Assembly (NCBI GenBank): GCA_965178125.1
Contig: OZ237774.1
Span: 496,001 to 560,000 of the forward strand
Direction: 5' to 3'
DNA: 64,000 nt
DNA from: Bilabrum cf. latius
Taxonomy: Eukaryota
Shown piece after piece: positions 35,425 to 47,466 of this stretch; the first letter of the stretch is position 1; every line of letters starts with the position of its first letter. The position numbers and the translations under genes were made by a program. The notes under the pieces are model-generated. The model saw only the letters and a list, made by a program, of their open reading frames with translations, did no database searches and had not been told where the DNA came from.

Positions 35425-37875
35425 TCACACGGCCTCGGCCACCTGATGCTCTTCCCTCACATCGACCGCCTTGTCGTCCTTCTTAGCAGTCCCTGGCTTG
35501 GTGTTCCTGCATTTGAAGAAGTAGGTGGCTGCTCCCACCATGACGGCAATGACGACGACCAGCACCACCACCATGATGATGACCGGGCTGGCCCCTCCCT
35601 CGTTGTCATCCTCGTCCGTAGAAGGAGCCGCAGTCTCCTCCACTTGCAGGTCCTCTTCTTGTACGGTGACCTCCGCGGCAATGCTGGTCGTATCAACCAC
35701 CAGTAGCTGGGCCATCTCGACGGGCGCAGCCATCCTGAGCACCTCCACCAGCGTCTCATCTTCGGACGTGGTCCTGTTGCCCCGCAGGAAGGCCAGGATG
35801 TCCTGCCTCGTCTGCTCCACGTCGGTGCGCTCCAGCGGAATAGTCACGGTGAAATCCAGCTCGGTGGCAGTAACACCGTTTTCCTCTGAGCCCGAGGCCT
35901 GAAGGGAGCGGCCCCTGCTGGTCGAGGACGGGGCCAGCCGGTCGATGACCACATCATCGCTTCTAGCCACGTCCCCAATGGCCGTGGTGAAAGGAGTCAG
36001 CAGGCTCGACTGGAAGATGGGCGTGGTCACGCTTGACACCTTAGTCCTCGACACCGTGATGCGCCTGCCCCTGCGCCTTGTGGGGGGCGTGCATGTGGTG
36101 CTGCTGGCCGAGCACACGAGTCCACTCGCGCAATTGGCTGTGACGATGCAGGTCCTGCCCTGGGAGCACAACGAGCAGTCCTCAGCAGACGCGTCCCCGC
36201 AGTCAATGTCGGTCTCCTGGCCGTTGGTCTCGCCATCACTGCATGTCGATCCCGTGGCACTATCGGTGCTGGAAGTGCTCGGCGTGGGCGAGGTGCTGGG
36301 ACTGCTGGTGATGCTCGGCGTGGGGGAGGTGCTGGGACTGCTGGTGATGCTCGGCGTGGGGGAGCTGCTGGGACTGCTGGTGATGCTCGGCGTCGGCGAG
36401 GTGCTGGGGCTGCTGCTCGGTGTCGGACTGTTGCTTGGGGTGGGCGACGACGACGGCGATGGCAATACCACTTCATTAAAAAGGATCCAAGTTGCCCCGC
36501 TGTCAAACTTTCCATCTCCATCATCATCTTCGCGGGCCCCCACTGCGAGGTCGGTGGTGCCATCTCCGTCCAGATCGCCCAGGGATGCCACGGAAGCTCC
36601 GAACGAGTCGAAATCATCCAGCTCGCCGGTGAAATTGCCTTCCATAGCGGAGATCTTCTGGTGGGACTTGACGGTGCCGTCAGTGTTCAAGAAGATGATC
36701 CAAGTTGCCCCGCGGTTGACCCCTCCATCTCCATCATCATCGGCTATTGCCCCCACTGCGAGGTCGGTGGTGCCATCTCCGTCCAGATCGCCCAGGGATG
36801 CCACGGAAAAACCGAAGAAGTCCATATTGTCCAGCTCGCCGGTGAAGCCGCCTTCCGTATTGGAGATCTTCTGGTGGGACTTGACGGTGATGTCAGTCTT
36901 CAAGAAGAGGATCCAAATAGCCCCGCGCCTACTCCCTCCATCACCATCGGCGCGGGCCCCCACTGCGAGGTCGGTGGTGCCATCTCCGTCCAGATCGCCC
37001 AGGGATGCCACGGAATTTCCGAACGAGTCGTCTCTGTCCAGCTCGCCGATGAAGTTGCCTTCCGTAGCGGAGATCTTCTGGTGGGACTTGACGGTGCCGT
37101 CAGTCTTCAAGAAGAGGATCCAAGTTGCTCCGCGGTTGGATCCTGTACCTCCATCATCATCTCGGGGTGCCCCCACTGCGAGGTCGGTGGTGCCATCTCC
37201 GTCCAGATCGCCCAGGGATGCCACGGAAGTTCCGAACTAGTCGTCAATGTCCAGCTCGCCGATGAAGTCGCCTGCCGTATCGGAGATCTTCTGGTGGGAC
37301 TTGACGGTGCCGTTGGTGTTCAAGAAGAGGATCCAAATAGCCCCATGGCTGCTCCCTCCATCATTACCGAAGGGTGCCCCCACTGCGATGTCGGTGGTGT
37401 TATCTCCGTCCAGATCGCCCAAGGAAGCCACGGAAGATCCGAATTCCTCACTGCCCAGCTCGCCGATGAAGTTGCCTGCCGTATCGGAGATCTTCTGGTG
37501 GGACTTGACGGTGCCGTTGGTGTTCAAGAAGAGGATCCAAGTTGCCCCGCGCCTAGTCTCGGCTCTTCCATCATCATCTCGGGGTGCCCCCACTGCGAGG
37601 TCGGTGGTGCCATCTCCGTCCAGATCGCCCAGGGATGCCACGGAAGCTCCGAAGAAGTCTCCCCAGCCCAGCTCACCGTTTAAGCCGCCTTCCGTATTGG
37701 AGATCTTCTAGTGAGATTTGACAGTCAAGTTAGCTTCTATCGCACTCAGCATTCGCCTCGAAGAGCACTCTGCTGCCACAGTCGTTACGTGGTCCTGCCT
37801 TCGGGCGAGAGACGCGTGGTATCCACTCGCAGCGAATGCAGGGGGGGCAGCCGCCATGGCAGCCGCAATAATGCT
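35425..37875 (-). CDS. FG-GAP (integrin-alpha-like) repeat type I membrane protein; 5' end uncertain
   Basis: Six FG-SVASLGDLDGDGTTDLAVGA-type repeats, a Ser/Thr/Pro stalk, a Cys-rich module (TCSDGETNGQETDIDCG) and a C-terminal TM helix (VIIMVVVLVVVIAVMVGAATYFF). In-frame TAGs at 37708 and 37237. Ends at TGA 35425-35427. Confidence 0.85.
36275..36430 (-). repeat. 36-bp tandem repeat encoding a mucin-like PSITSSPS(T/S)SPT stalk
   Basis: GTGCTGGGACTGCTGGTGATGCTCGGCGTGGGGGAG-like units repeated about four times. Confidence 0.8.
36480..37720 (-). repeat. Six closely similar coding repeats of about 210 bp (FG-GAP units)
   Basis: Blocks such as CCCACTGCGAGGTCGGTGGTGCCATCTCCGTCCAGATCGCCCAGGGATGCCACGGAA recur near 36540, 36750, 36960, 37170 and 37590, with a variant near 37380. 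Confidence 0.9.
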
Positions 37876-39365
37876 GCGACAAGCAAATAGGGCGGATTCA
37901 AAAGTAAAAGGATTTGAAGTACGGTTTTGCCTAGAAATACTGCCAGGTGCGCGAGATACGAAGAGGGTGTACACCGCTGCGCGCTATTTGGAGGGGTAAT
38001 AATCCAACAAAAATCCTCACAGGCACGCCTTCGCGCCATAAGTCAGAGGCATTTTTGTTGACATGCGGTTCTTCCAGCTGCGATCTTTCGAATGGCATGA
38101 ATCAAGTGAATGGAGCAGCATCGAATCAGAGCAGTGAAGGGACAAAAAGCCTGGCGGTACTCGCAGGACACAACTGCCGTGGGACAGTTGGTGGATCGTG
38201 TTCGTTTGCTGACACTTTACCGACAAGTCTTGCGGGAAGTGATGTAGGCGCGCTAGGTGTGTCCTGGCTCTGTACTGCTTTAGTCCACCAGGTGGCATCC
38301 ATGGATCAACGATACGATTGCCAAACGGCATCCGATGCGTCAGAACGTGTGGTGCGTGGAGTACTACTAGTAAGTTGCATCATCTCATCTCACGTACGAG
38401 GGCTTCGGGTGAGACCTCTCGAAAGCTGTATCAGCTGAACTGACCTGTACTCGACTGCTCGCTCCAAAATGTGGGGACCCCGCCAAGGGGGCTGTCCACA
38501 CTGTGGCACGATTTTGGCGGGGAGTGTTGTCAACGGTGTTGTCTACATTTTGGGGGGGGGGGGCGCTCAGGGGCGTATATCATCGGTCGATGATGATAAC
38601 AACTGCCGAGCCGCCCCACTGGTGGCACAAGATTTAACGATGAAAATTGCCGCAATATGCAGGTTGCCATTTCGGTGGCTCATTTTATTCTCATGCTGCC
38701 GCTGTCTAGCGCTGAGGTGCAACGGCTCTTCTCGGTACTGAAAGCGTGCGGGGACGAAAGAAGCGACTTGTGGATGATAAGGTTAGATGCGATCGAGAGA
38801 CATCGATCGCAGTGCTCGAAGCAATGCTGGTAGGTATTGGGGCTTGTGACCAGGAGAGACATCGCAAGCTGCAGCAAATGTTTGCCGCTCGGGTGCGACC
38901 CCTGAAATCGCGACAAACCCAGTTTAAACATAAATATATTCGGCTTGGGCAAAGTTGACTCTTACCCAGCAAGGGACTTCGGAATTAGGCCACGGAGGGG
39001 TGTGATGGATCGGAGTCCACAGAGCTAATCTCGGGACTCCAAACACATCGGATCCAGAAAATGGAATTGAATCACACAGAACCGTATTTGTTCATCTACG
39101 CGGCCCATGTGCGCCTGCATTCATTCTGACGAAAGACAGCTCCCACCCCAACCAGGACAGACACAACGAGGGGGACCCACAGGATCCACGGCCCACTGGC
39201 CGACCAAGTCTTTCGACTCACGGGAGCAGGCCTCCACTTCCCAGTGTCCTGTGGGCCCTTGTCCCATCTGTAGGCATTCATCCATCCGTGCCTCCTCCTT
39301 CCTTCCTTCTCAACTGACCCCCGACCCATGCAGCAGTCTAACATGCTCACAAACCTTGCCGAGGC

Positions 39366-41356
39366 TCAGTTGTCCACGCCCACGGACGCGTCCCCCCCAA
39401 AGAGCTGGGACATGAGCTCCTGCATCTCCTCCCGCTCCCGCTGCAGCTCCTAGGCGTACTCGTCGATGATGGTCACCGCCAGCAGGATGGACGTCCCGCT
39501 CCCCCGCGCCCCCATGAAATCGCTCAGCACAGACAGGGCCCCAATGGCCATGCCGCCCAGCCGGGCCGCGGTGGGGATGTACCGGTCCAGAACCGACTTC
39601 ATGCTCTCCACCGCCTTGCCCTTGTTCCGCTTGATGCCGTCCTCGGTGAGGGCGCGCACGAAGACAACCGGGGGCTCCTGGCTCAGGTGCTGCTCGGCCA
39701 CCTTCTGCGAGGTGGTCCCCGAGACCATGATCCACAGGGAGGCGAAGAGGGCGCAGATGAAGAGCATGTACACGATGTAGAACACGGTGCGGAAGGGGTC
39801 CATGACCATCTCCTGCACGTCCCCGGGGGCCGAGATGTAGTACGACATGCCGCCCGTGGGGCGGGAGCGCCCGGCCTGCCCTCCCTCGTCGGACCAGACG
39901 CCGAGCAGGCGCACCAGGGGGTTCTCGGGCATGCGCCGGAACATGAGCTGGGAGAAGAAGAAGAGGTTGGCCATGAGCGCGCCCTGCAGGATGATGGGCA
40001 TGTTCGAGGCGTAGAACAGGCGGATGCGGAGCGGCTCCGGGTGCTCCATCACGCGCGACTGCTGGATGACGTAGCGCGGGACCGATACCCGCCAGCGCTG
40101 CAGCCACACCACCAGGAAAAAGATGACGGCCGTGGCGAAGATTGACGTGAGGTTGGGCAGGAAAGGCCTGAAGAAGGCCATGTAGAGCGCCTCCATCTTG
40201 TCGGGGCGGGTCCTGAGCAGGTGCACCACGGCGATGAGCGCCCCGTGGATCTGGGTCCCGTTGCCCACGTTGATGGTCTGGGGGGAGAGCAAGTCCCACA
40301 CGATGTTCTCGCAGGTGGAGGTGGCGATGAACAGGTTGATGCCCGACCCGATGCCGTGCCCCTTCTGCAGCATCTCGTCTAGGACGATGACGAGCACGCC
40401 GGCGCCGAAGAGCTGCAGCACCACGAGGGCGGCGTTGAAGCTACCCAGCTCGTCCAGGGTCCCGTACATGCCGGAGAGGACGTAGGCCACTGCCTGCGCG
40501 AGGGTCATGATCATGCCTAGCAGCTTCTGGGCGCTGTTGAAGAGCCGCCTGTCCTGTGCCGTGTCTCCCACGTCGATGAGCTTGACGCCCTTGAGCAGCT
40601 GCAGCACCATGCCCGAGGTGATGATCGGGGAGATGCCCAGCTCCATCAAAGTGTTCCTGCGAGTAGAGCAAATACATGGGGGCGGACGGTTGCGATGAGG
40701 GGGAACACATGTGCAGCCGTGGTGGGAGCAAGCAAAGGTTGGGCGGCGGATCGCGGCCGACCCGGAAGTGGGGCACGAGGCTCGTCCGCGTGGAGCCAAT
40801 GTAGAGCGGCTTGTCTCACCGATTGGAAGCAAGCATCATACGGATGTACGCAAGAGGGTCTGCCCCACTCGAGTGCCGGATGCCATAGAGCGGGATGTGG
40901 CAGCACACGAGGTAGATGAGCAGGGTGACGACCGTCCACTGCACTCGCACCAGCAGCTTGGTGCCCTCCGCGGCCTTGGGAACCTCAGGCACGATGTAGT
41001 TGAACTACTTAACGGCATCGATGAGCCGATCCTAGCCTGCGACAGAAAGGAGCACGTGCGAGGGGAGAGCAGGTTCATCGGTGCTGTCACGCGCGAGGGT
41101 CCACGCACCAAGTACTTCGGCAAATCACCCGACAGGCAGTTAATTCACACGGCCGACTCTATCGAAATCGACGGTGTAATACTACAGCGGTGGTATAACG
41201 CGTTTCAAGGCCGATGGGGGGTATGCTGGGCCGAGCCAGCACACGTTGCCGTGTGCAATGCGCCGGGGTCACAAAAACACCAGTACACGCGCATCCTGAC
41301 AGCAAAGAACGGCTAGAAATGCAACTATTAATGTGCTGCTATCAGTACTCACCCAT
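39366..41356 (-). CDS. SEC61A: Sec61 alpha subunit (divergent), 3 exons
   Basis: ATG-G micro-exon at 41356; exon 2 (IVPEV...HIPLYGI...ADPLAYIRMMLASNR); intron 40819-40657; exon 3 (NTLMELGISPIITSGM, GIGSGINLFIAT, IRLFYASNMPIILQ, RYIPTAA, GSGTSILLAVTII). TAGs at 41032, 41005 and 39450. Ends at TGA 39366-39368. Confidence 0.9.
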
Positions 41357-41651
41357 GATGAATCCTTAGAAAGCCGCACAGGCTCCTAATCGACAAGTGG
41401 CGGATTGGCGGCACCCAGAAATACCGGATTCAATTTCTGCACTGTACAAATATTTCAGCACGCGGTGAACCAATGACGGAGCCTCAATTTCCTAGACGTT
41501 CGTCTGCCCAATTGTTTGACTGATCGATCAACAAGACAAGCAAAGTAATTTCAACACATCTGTTGGCATTGCAGTTTCACACAGTGCACCTGGCACTGAT
41601 AAGAGTCGACTGTTCAAGAGAAACTAAGACCGAAACAGGAAGTACTCGGCC

Positions 41652-43046
41652 ATGTCGGGAAATGGAAGCAGAAGCGGCGCGTAGCCGATACCCATGAGAG
41701 GAAGATAGTCGCAAGATGCTAGCCGATCGGGCGCTGTCGCGATTCCAGCCCGTGGCAGCCGAGTTCCCGCTGGTGGTGACGACGGTGAATTTGGCGGCCG
41801 CCTTGGTCCGAGGGGTCCAGGTGGGGCTGTGATGTCCCAGTCTTTGCCACCGCGCGCTCCAGTCATTGGGTCACTTCCGCCTCCCGATTTGGGCCACGGC
41901 GGTATGCCAGGGTTGTCCCTGCCGGACCCTTCTCCTGCATCGTCGAGCTTTCTGGTGAGTGCCGCCGCTGCCATTTGAAACTGGCCCATATGCTACCGTT
42001 GTCGTCATGCATAACTATTATGTGTATGGTTGAATTAGATCAGTCGCCCACTGCTGCCGCCGATGCCCCAGAATCGACAGGGTTGCCGTCGCACGGCCGC
42101 AGCAGCGATGGCGACGGCTGATCCGATCCACAGTGCCTATCCCAGCGGATGGGCATTGCTACGCTCCGTGCATTGCCTCGACTTCCACTGCCACGTTTAC
42201 ATCCGAACTCCTCATCCCTGCTCTGTGCCGCGCCCCTCTCACCCCGCCCCACCGCAGGAGTCGCTCAAGAAGCGCCGCGCCGAGGACCCCATGGTGGGCT
42301 CTGCGCCCGTGTTCGGGGGCAGGGCGGGGGGGCTGCCTTCCGGCTCCGGGTCCCATGGCCCGGGGCCGGTGGGCTCACTTGACGACGGGCCGGGCCTGTC
42401 GTCCCGCGTTGTTCCCTCACGAGGATCCTCCACGGTGCTGGGGCTGCTGCTGTCGCACGGCAGCCAGAGGGCGGGGGCGGCGGCGGACCCGGAGGCGCGA
42501 GCCAAGGCGGCGGCAGAGGCGCGAGCGGCGGTAGCGCGGGAGAAGGAGCTGGAGGCGATCGCGGAAGCCGATGCGGGGGCTCTGATGGCCCCTGTGCGGG
42601 GGTCCAGGGGTCCCAGGGGCGCCAGGCGGTCGATGGAATCGGGGGGCAAGGGCGTGGGTGCAGGCGGAAGTGGCCCCGTGGGCATCGCAGGGAGGAGACC
42701 TCTGGCCGTGGGGTCGGGGCCCGTGGTGGGGGCGGGGCGCATGCAGGTGGGAGGGGCAGGGGCAGGGGCAGGGGCAGGGGCAGGGGCAGGGAGGGCGGCC
42801 AGACGGTCCGTGGGGAGCGCGGGTGCATCGCCTGGTGGTGCATCCCCCGCGCAGGCTCCCACCGCAGCGACTGCGTCGGCTGCATCGCCGTCCTCGCCAG
42901 GTAGCAGAAGCGATGCTGGTGCTGGTGCTGGTGCTGGTGCTGGTGCTGGTGCTGGTGCTGGCGGGCTCGGGAGTCGCCTGCTTCAGCAAGTCGGCGGCGG
43001 AGGCGATGGGGAGGACGATGACGACCTGCTACCGCCGCCTATGTGA
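41652..43046 (+). CDS. Hypothetical Gly/Ala/Pro-rich protein, 2 exons
   Basis: Exon 1 41652-41954 (2 in-frame TAGs), phase-0 intron GTGAGT...CCGCAG 41955-42257, exon 2 to TGA 43044-43046. Head-to-head with Sec61 alpha. Confidence 0.55.
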
Positions 43047-43295
43047 CGAATGCGCATGGATCGGATCAAGTTGTACTAATCACTATGGGCTTGTTTTCTT
43101 GAATGGTGCACAGGCGAGTCGAAATGCATTTGTTAGAGAGCTCCAATGCACCTAGAATCATAGCCCGAAGAGGAGAGACATGATGCCCCGAGGACGTATG
43201 CTTTTGGAACAGCTCGGGCATAAGCCGGTCAAGGTGTCGCCCCCTCACATAAGATGCCCGCTCCCGATCCGGGATCTGATCCCATCCGCGTACCA

Positions 43296-44261
43296 TCAAG
43301 TCAGCCGAGCCCGCTTGCCAGGACGCCCCCCTCCTCCTCCTCCTCCTCCTTCCCCTCCAAACGCCCTCCCCGCCCCATGTCCACCCGCCCCACCAACCCT
43401 GCCCCCGCCCCCGTCCCTGTTCCTGCTGCTGGGCGGCAGCACCGCCGCCCCCTGCCCTCCCAGCCTCTTCTTGTCCTTGCGCGCGACCTTTTCCCTGCGC
43501 TTCTTGATCGCACGCCTCACAGCGGCATCGCCCGCCCGCTGGCCACCCGCACTCGTCACACCTCCCTTCCCCTGAGTGGCACCCCCGGCCGCCTCCTCCC
43601 GCAGCAGCTTGTACCTGGCTGCAGTCTCCAGCTCCCCCCTCTCCCTCTTGCCCAAATAGGCAGGCGCCCTCCCCTGCTTCACCCGCTCCCGCTGAGCCTC
43701 CATCCACTGAGTGGTGACCTCTCGCTTGGCGTCCTGCAGCCGCTGGGAGGCACGCTGCTGCTTGAGGTCCCTGAGCTCGGCCTGCAGCTGGGCACGCATT
43801 CCTGGGCTCTTGGCCTTCTTGATGCGGCGCTTGGCGGAATCGATGTCCTCCTCCAGCTGACGAACTAGGAACGAATAGTCCTCACGGAAGCGCCCTTGCC
43901 TGAGCTCACCCGCAGCCTCGTCGAACCTCGGGTCCCGCGCTCGCACGCGGCCTCCCTGCGCCGCGGCAGACGCGCGGAAGCCGCCCCACGTCTTGGCGGG
44001 CCGACTCTGCGAGCTCACTTCGACGGGGGCGGATCCGCGCTCTGCGCGCGACTTCTTGGGCAATGACGGCGGTATGTGATCCTCGGAGCCTTCTTCTGTG
44101 GATCGAGAGCCGATCGCGTGGGTGAAGCCGGCTTCCTGGTGCGACTAGGCCTGGGACTGCGCGGCCGCGCTGCTAAAGCTTGAGGACGACGCAGAACTTG
44201 ACGTGGAAGCCTTCTAGGCCTTGAGAAGAGCTAGTTTTTCTGCAATTGAAAGATCTTCCAT
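43296..44261 (-). CDS. RRP36: rRNA biogenesis protein Rrp36
   Basis: MEDLSIAEKLALLKA[TAG 44214]...[TAG 44145]...APVEVSS...RDPRFD...FREDYSFL...RERVKQGRAPAYL...IKKRREK...KDKKRL. Ends at TGA 43296-43298. Confidence 0.85.
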
Positions 44262-44598
44262 TTTTGTGGGGGTATTTCCTGTGAATCGAGGTTGAAATCT
44301 GTCTTGTTCGCTCAGGTGCAACTGCAGTGTGTGATCAGTGCCGACTTTTGGGAACCAAGCTAGCGAGAGCACACATAGTAGTTTCGACAAGCGTCGAAGC
44401 AAGCTGTATTCGTTGCGAGTACACGCGCTTCGCCGCGTGAAAAGCGCCTGGCACCGCTGCACTCACGTTCGGCGGGCTTCGTTTCGTCCACCACCTGCCT
44501 GGCTTGCATCGAAGGTACCAAGGTGGCTATTCAACCGATTGCCGGGGCCTATCCAGCGGATTCTTAGAGCAACTAAATACAATTCAGAGCCTCGCATC

Positions 44599-47298
44599 AT
44601 GATCGGAACGAGGCACAACTTCGAAGAGGTCGGATCCAGGGCGATCGAGGCCATCCGACAGGCTGATTTTGTCGCCGTGGACGCCGAGATGACCGGTCTG
44701 CATGCGAGTGCGGACCTCAAAAACGGGTTGTCATGCGATACCATCCACTCGCGATACGCCCTGAGCCGGCTGGGCGCATCCGCCAACCTCGCCACGCAGT
44801 GGGGCGTGGCACCCTTCCGCTTCGACGAGGCCGAGGGCCGGTGGGTGGGCGAGGCATACTCGTTCTTCGCCTTCCCCGAGGGAGAGGATAAGTTCTTCCA
44901 GTGCAACGCGGGGTCCATGCGGTTTCTCAGGGAACACAAGTTCGATTTCCAGCGGTGGGTGGACGGCGTCCCCTGGCTCTCCCGCCTGCAAGAAGCGAGG
45001 GAGACGAGGCGGGTGCGCGCGGCTGCAGATGCGCTGGCCCTGAGGCAGGACGCCCCCGCGGAGATCGGGGATGATCGGGTGCTGGGCGCAGTGCAGGACA
45101 TCCGGGTGCACCTGGGGCAGTGGCTCGAGAAGCTGCAATCGGAAGAGGGGGGGGATGGAGGGGGGCAAGGGGATCAGGCGCAAGGGGGGGCAGAGGCGGG
45201 GTCTGGTTCCGGCGAGAACGGGGCCGAGAACGAGAAGCAATCACCTCCCAGGTACCTCGAGGTGTGTGACGAGGGCCAAGGTGGCCAGCCCGCGATTGTG
45301 CTTCCTCCGGTGAACGGCTTCACGAGGAAGTGCTTGCACGACATGGTGCGGAGGGAGCTCCCTGGGTGCGTCTCGGTGAAGCGGGACGAGGACCAGGAGA
45401 GCGCGCTGGCCCGGTGGCAGGGGAGGGTGCGGGTGGTGCTGGCTATTCCCCAGGAGTAGGCCAAGAGCGCGGGGACCGAGGGGTTCTGGGCTGCGGCGGG
45501 GGCGGGGCCGTTCGATTGGCAGGCGCTGCGCAAGTGGAGCGAGTGGCACCGCGAGTTCAAGGGCAGGAAAAAGGCTGCCGAGGAAGAGGCGAAGGCGAAG
45601 ACCATGGCAGGGGCAGAGGCGGAGGCATCGTCTGCACCCCCCGCGGATGCGACTGCCGCTGCTTCCTCCTCATCGTCGACTGCCGCTTCTTCCTCGTCCT
45701 CCTCTTCCTCCTCCTCGTCCTCCTCGTCCTCCTCGCCCCCGGAAGGAGCGGGCGAGGGCCCCTACGGCATGGAGCCCAGGCCCGACGACCCCATCCCGAG
45801 GGTCGCGAGGAACCTTCATGAAGCCGACGTGCCCCTGCCCCCCCTGCGGGCAGAGACCAAGGATGCCGCGCTCAAGGAGGCCAGGGTGCAGGCGGAGCAT
45901 CGGCTGGAGGAGGTCAGGAACAAGGCGGGGCTTAGGCGTGTGTTCGATGCCATCGGGGAGAGGGGGTGTCCCGTGGTGCTGCACAACGGGATGTGCGACC
46001 TGTGCTTCGCCTATGACGCGTTCGAGGGTCCTCTGCCGCTGAGGGCGGGGCAGTTTGCGGAGAGGATCCGGCGGTTGTTCCCCCACGTGTTCGACACCAA
46101 GCTGGTCCTGAGGCACTCAGATGAGATCAAGCCACTGCTGCCCAACACCTGGCTAGGGCCAGCACACGATGCTCTGAAATCGCACTACGATGCCGCGAGA
46201 GTGGCGGGGGCGGGGACCGAGGCCGGTGCAGGGGGGGGTGTGACCCTCCCCGTGGTGCAGCTGGAGGACGGCTTCTCGTTTGGCGGGCCTGGGGCCGGTA
46301 CAGGGCCTGGGGACGGCAGTGGAAAAAAAGAAAGCGCTGAGCATGACGCGGGGTATGACGCCTGGATCACGGGTGCGACGTTCGCGCGTGTCCTAGGGCT
46401 GCAGGGGGTGGGGGCGGCGGAGCTGAAGGGGGCGCTGCAAGGCAGTGCAACTGCAGGGGGGACAGGGGCGGCCCGCGCGCGCGGGTTCGTTTCTGATTTC
46501 GCGAACCGCGTGTACATGATGCGCATGCAGCCGGGATCGTGGCGGCTGGACGCGCCCCTGTTTGACCCGGCCAACGACGGGCCTCGCGATGCAGGGGATG
46601 CATCGCAGGGTGGTGCTGTGCCGGGCCCGCCTCTTCTGGGGCCCAAGGCCAGCACGATCTTCGTGTCCCAGTTGAACGACACCATCAAGACCGACACTCT
46701 GGTTGCGGCCGTGGCGCGTGCAGCCGGTCTGGAGGGGCAGGCGCTGTTGAGGGGGAGGGCGGTGACCTGGATCTCGGACGACGGGGCCTTTGTGAACCTT
46801 CCCTCGGTGGAAGCCGCCCAAAGGGTGGTCAAAGTGGCGGCTCAGGAGCGGGCGGCGCGTCCGGAGCTCCTTGCCCCCGCCGCGGAGCAGCCCCCCATCG
46901 TGGGGGAGGCGCTGGAGGCGGGGGGGGCCCGGCCGGGGGACGCGGGCGTGGCCCCTTCGGACCCTTGGTTCCGCCCCGCCGCGCAGTACCGCGGCGCCGG
47001 CGAGGACTGCGTGGTTCCGCTGGGGGCCCTCCGCGTGGAGCCGTATGCGGCATGGGCGAGGCGGCACCTCGGGGAGGACTGCGACTGGGAGTGGAGGGGG
47101 TATGACGAGGGGGAGAGGGGGGAGGGGCAGGTGGGCATGGAGGGGGGCAGTGGCAGTGGCAGTGAAGGGGATGCAGGGGGTGCAGCGCAGGGTGGTGCGG
47201 CGGGGGAGGCCGGCAGGAAGCGGGCCGCTGAGGGGGGCGAGGCTGGCTCGGAAGGGGCCGCGGACGAGTCGCCCTCGGCCAAGAAGGCCAGGCAGTGA
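44599..47298 (+). CDS. PARN: Poly(A)-specific ribonuclease PARN (CAF1/DEDD family, R3H-like insert)
   Basis: MIGTRHNFEE...ADFVAVDAEMTGL, QWGVAPF, SMRFLREHKFDFQRW, VVLHNGMCDL, FPHVFDTK and EHDAGYDAWITG in one frame across TAG 45457. Ends at TGA. Confidence 0.88.
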
Positions 47299-47466
47299 TG
47301 GACAACACAGGTGATTCCAATTGTGCTCGTACCTATTACCACGGGCTCTGTGCTAGTTTTGAGGCATTCGTCGCCACTGGCACGTGTTTTGTGGCTGTGA
47401 CGACGAGCTTGCGGCACAGCCAATACTGCATCATATTTAGCTCCTACCGGTAGGTTGGGCCCTGTG

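Noticed and set aside
36480-37720. CRISPR-like or mobile-element repeat array
   Set aside because: The units are in-frame FG-GAP protein repeats with no unique spacers, cas genes or terminal repeats.
37950-39350. Short ORFs between the FG-GAP and Sec61 alpha genes
   Set aside because: I found no recognisable motifs and no convincing long frame even with TAG read-through. The region is treated as intergenic, although an upstream exon of the FG-GAP gene may lie here.
41624-41989. 121-aa minus-strand ORF
   Set aside because: It is better explained as the antisense of exon 1 of the + strand gene starting at 41652, which has a canonical GTGAGT donor in phase with the downstream exon.
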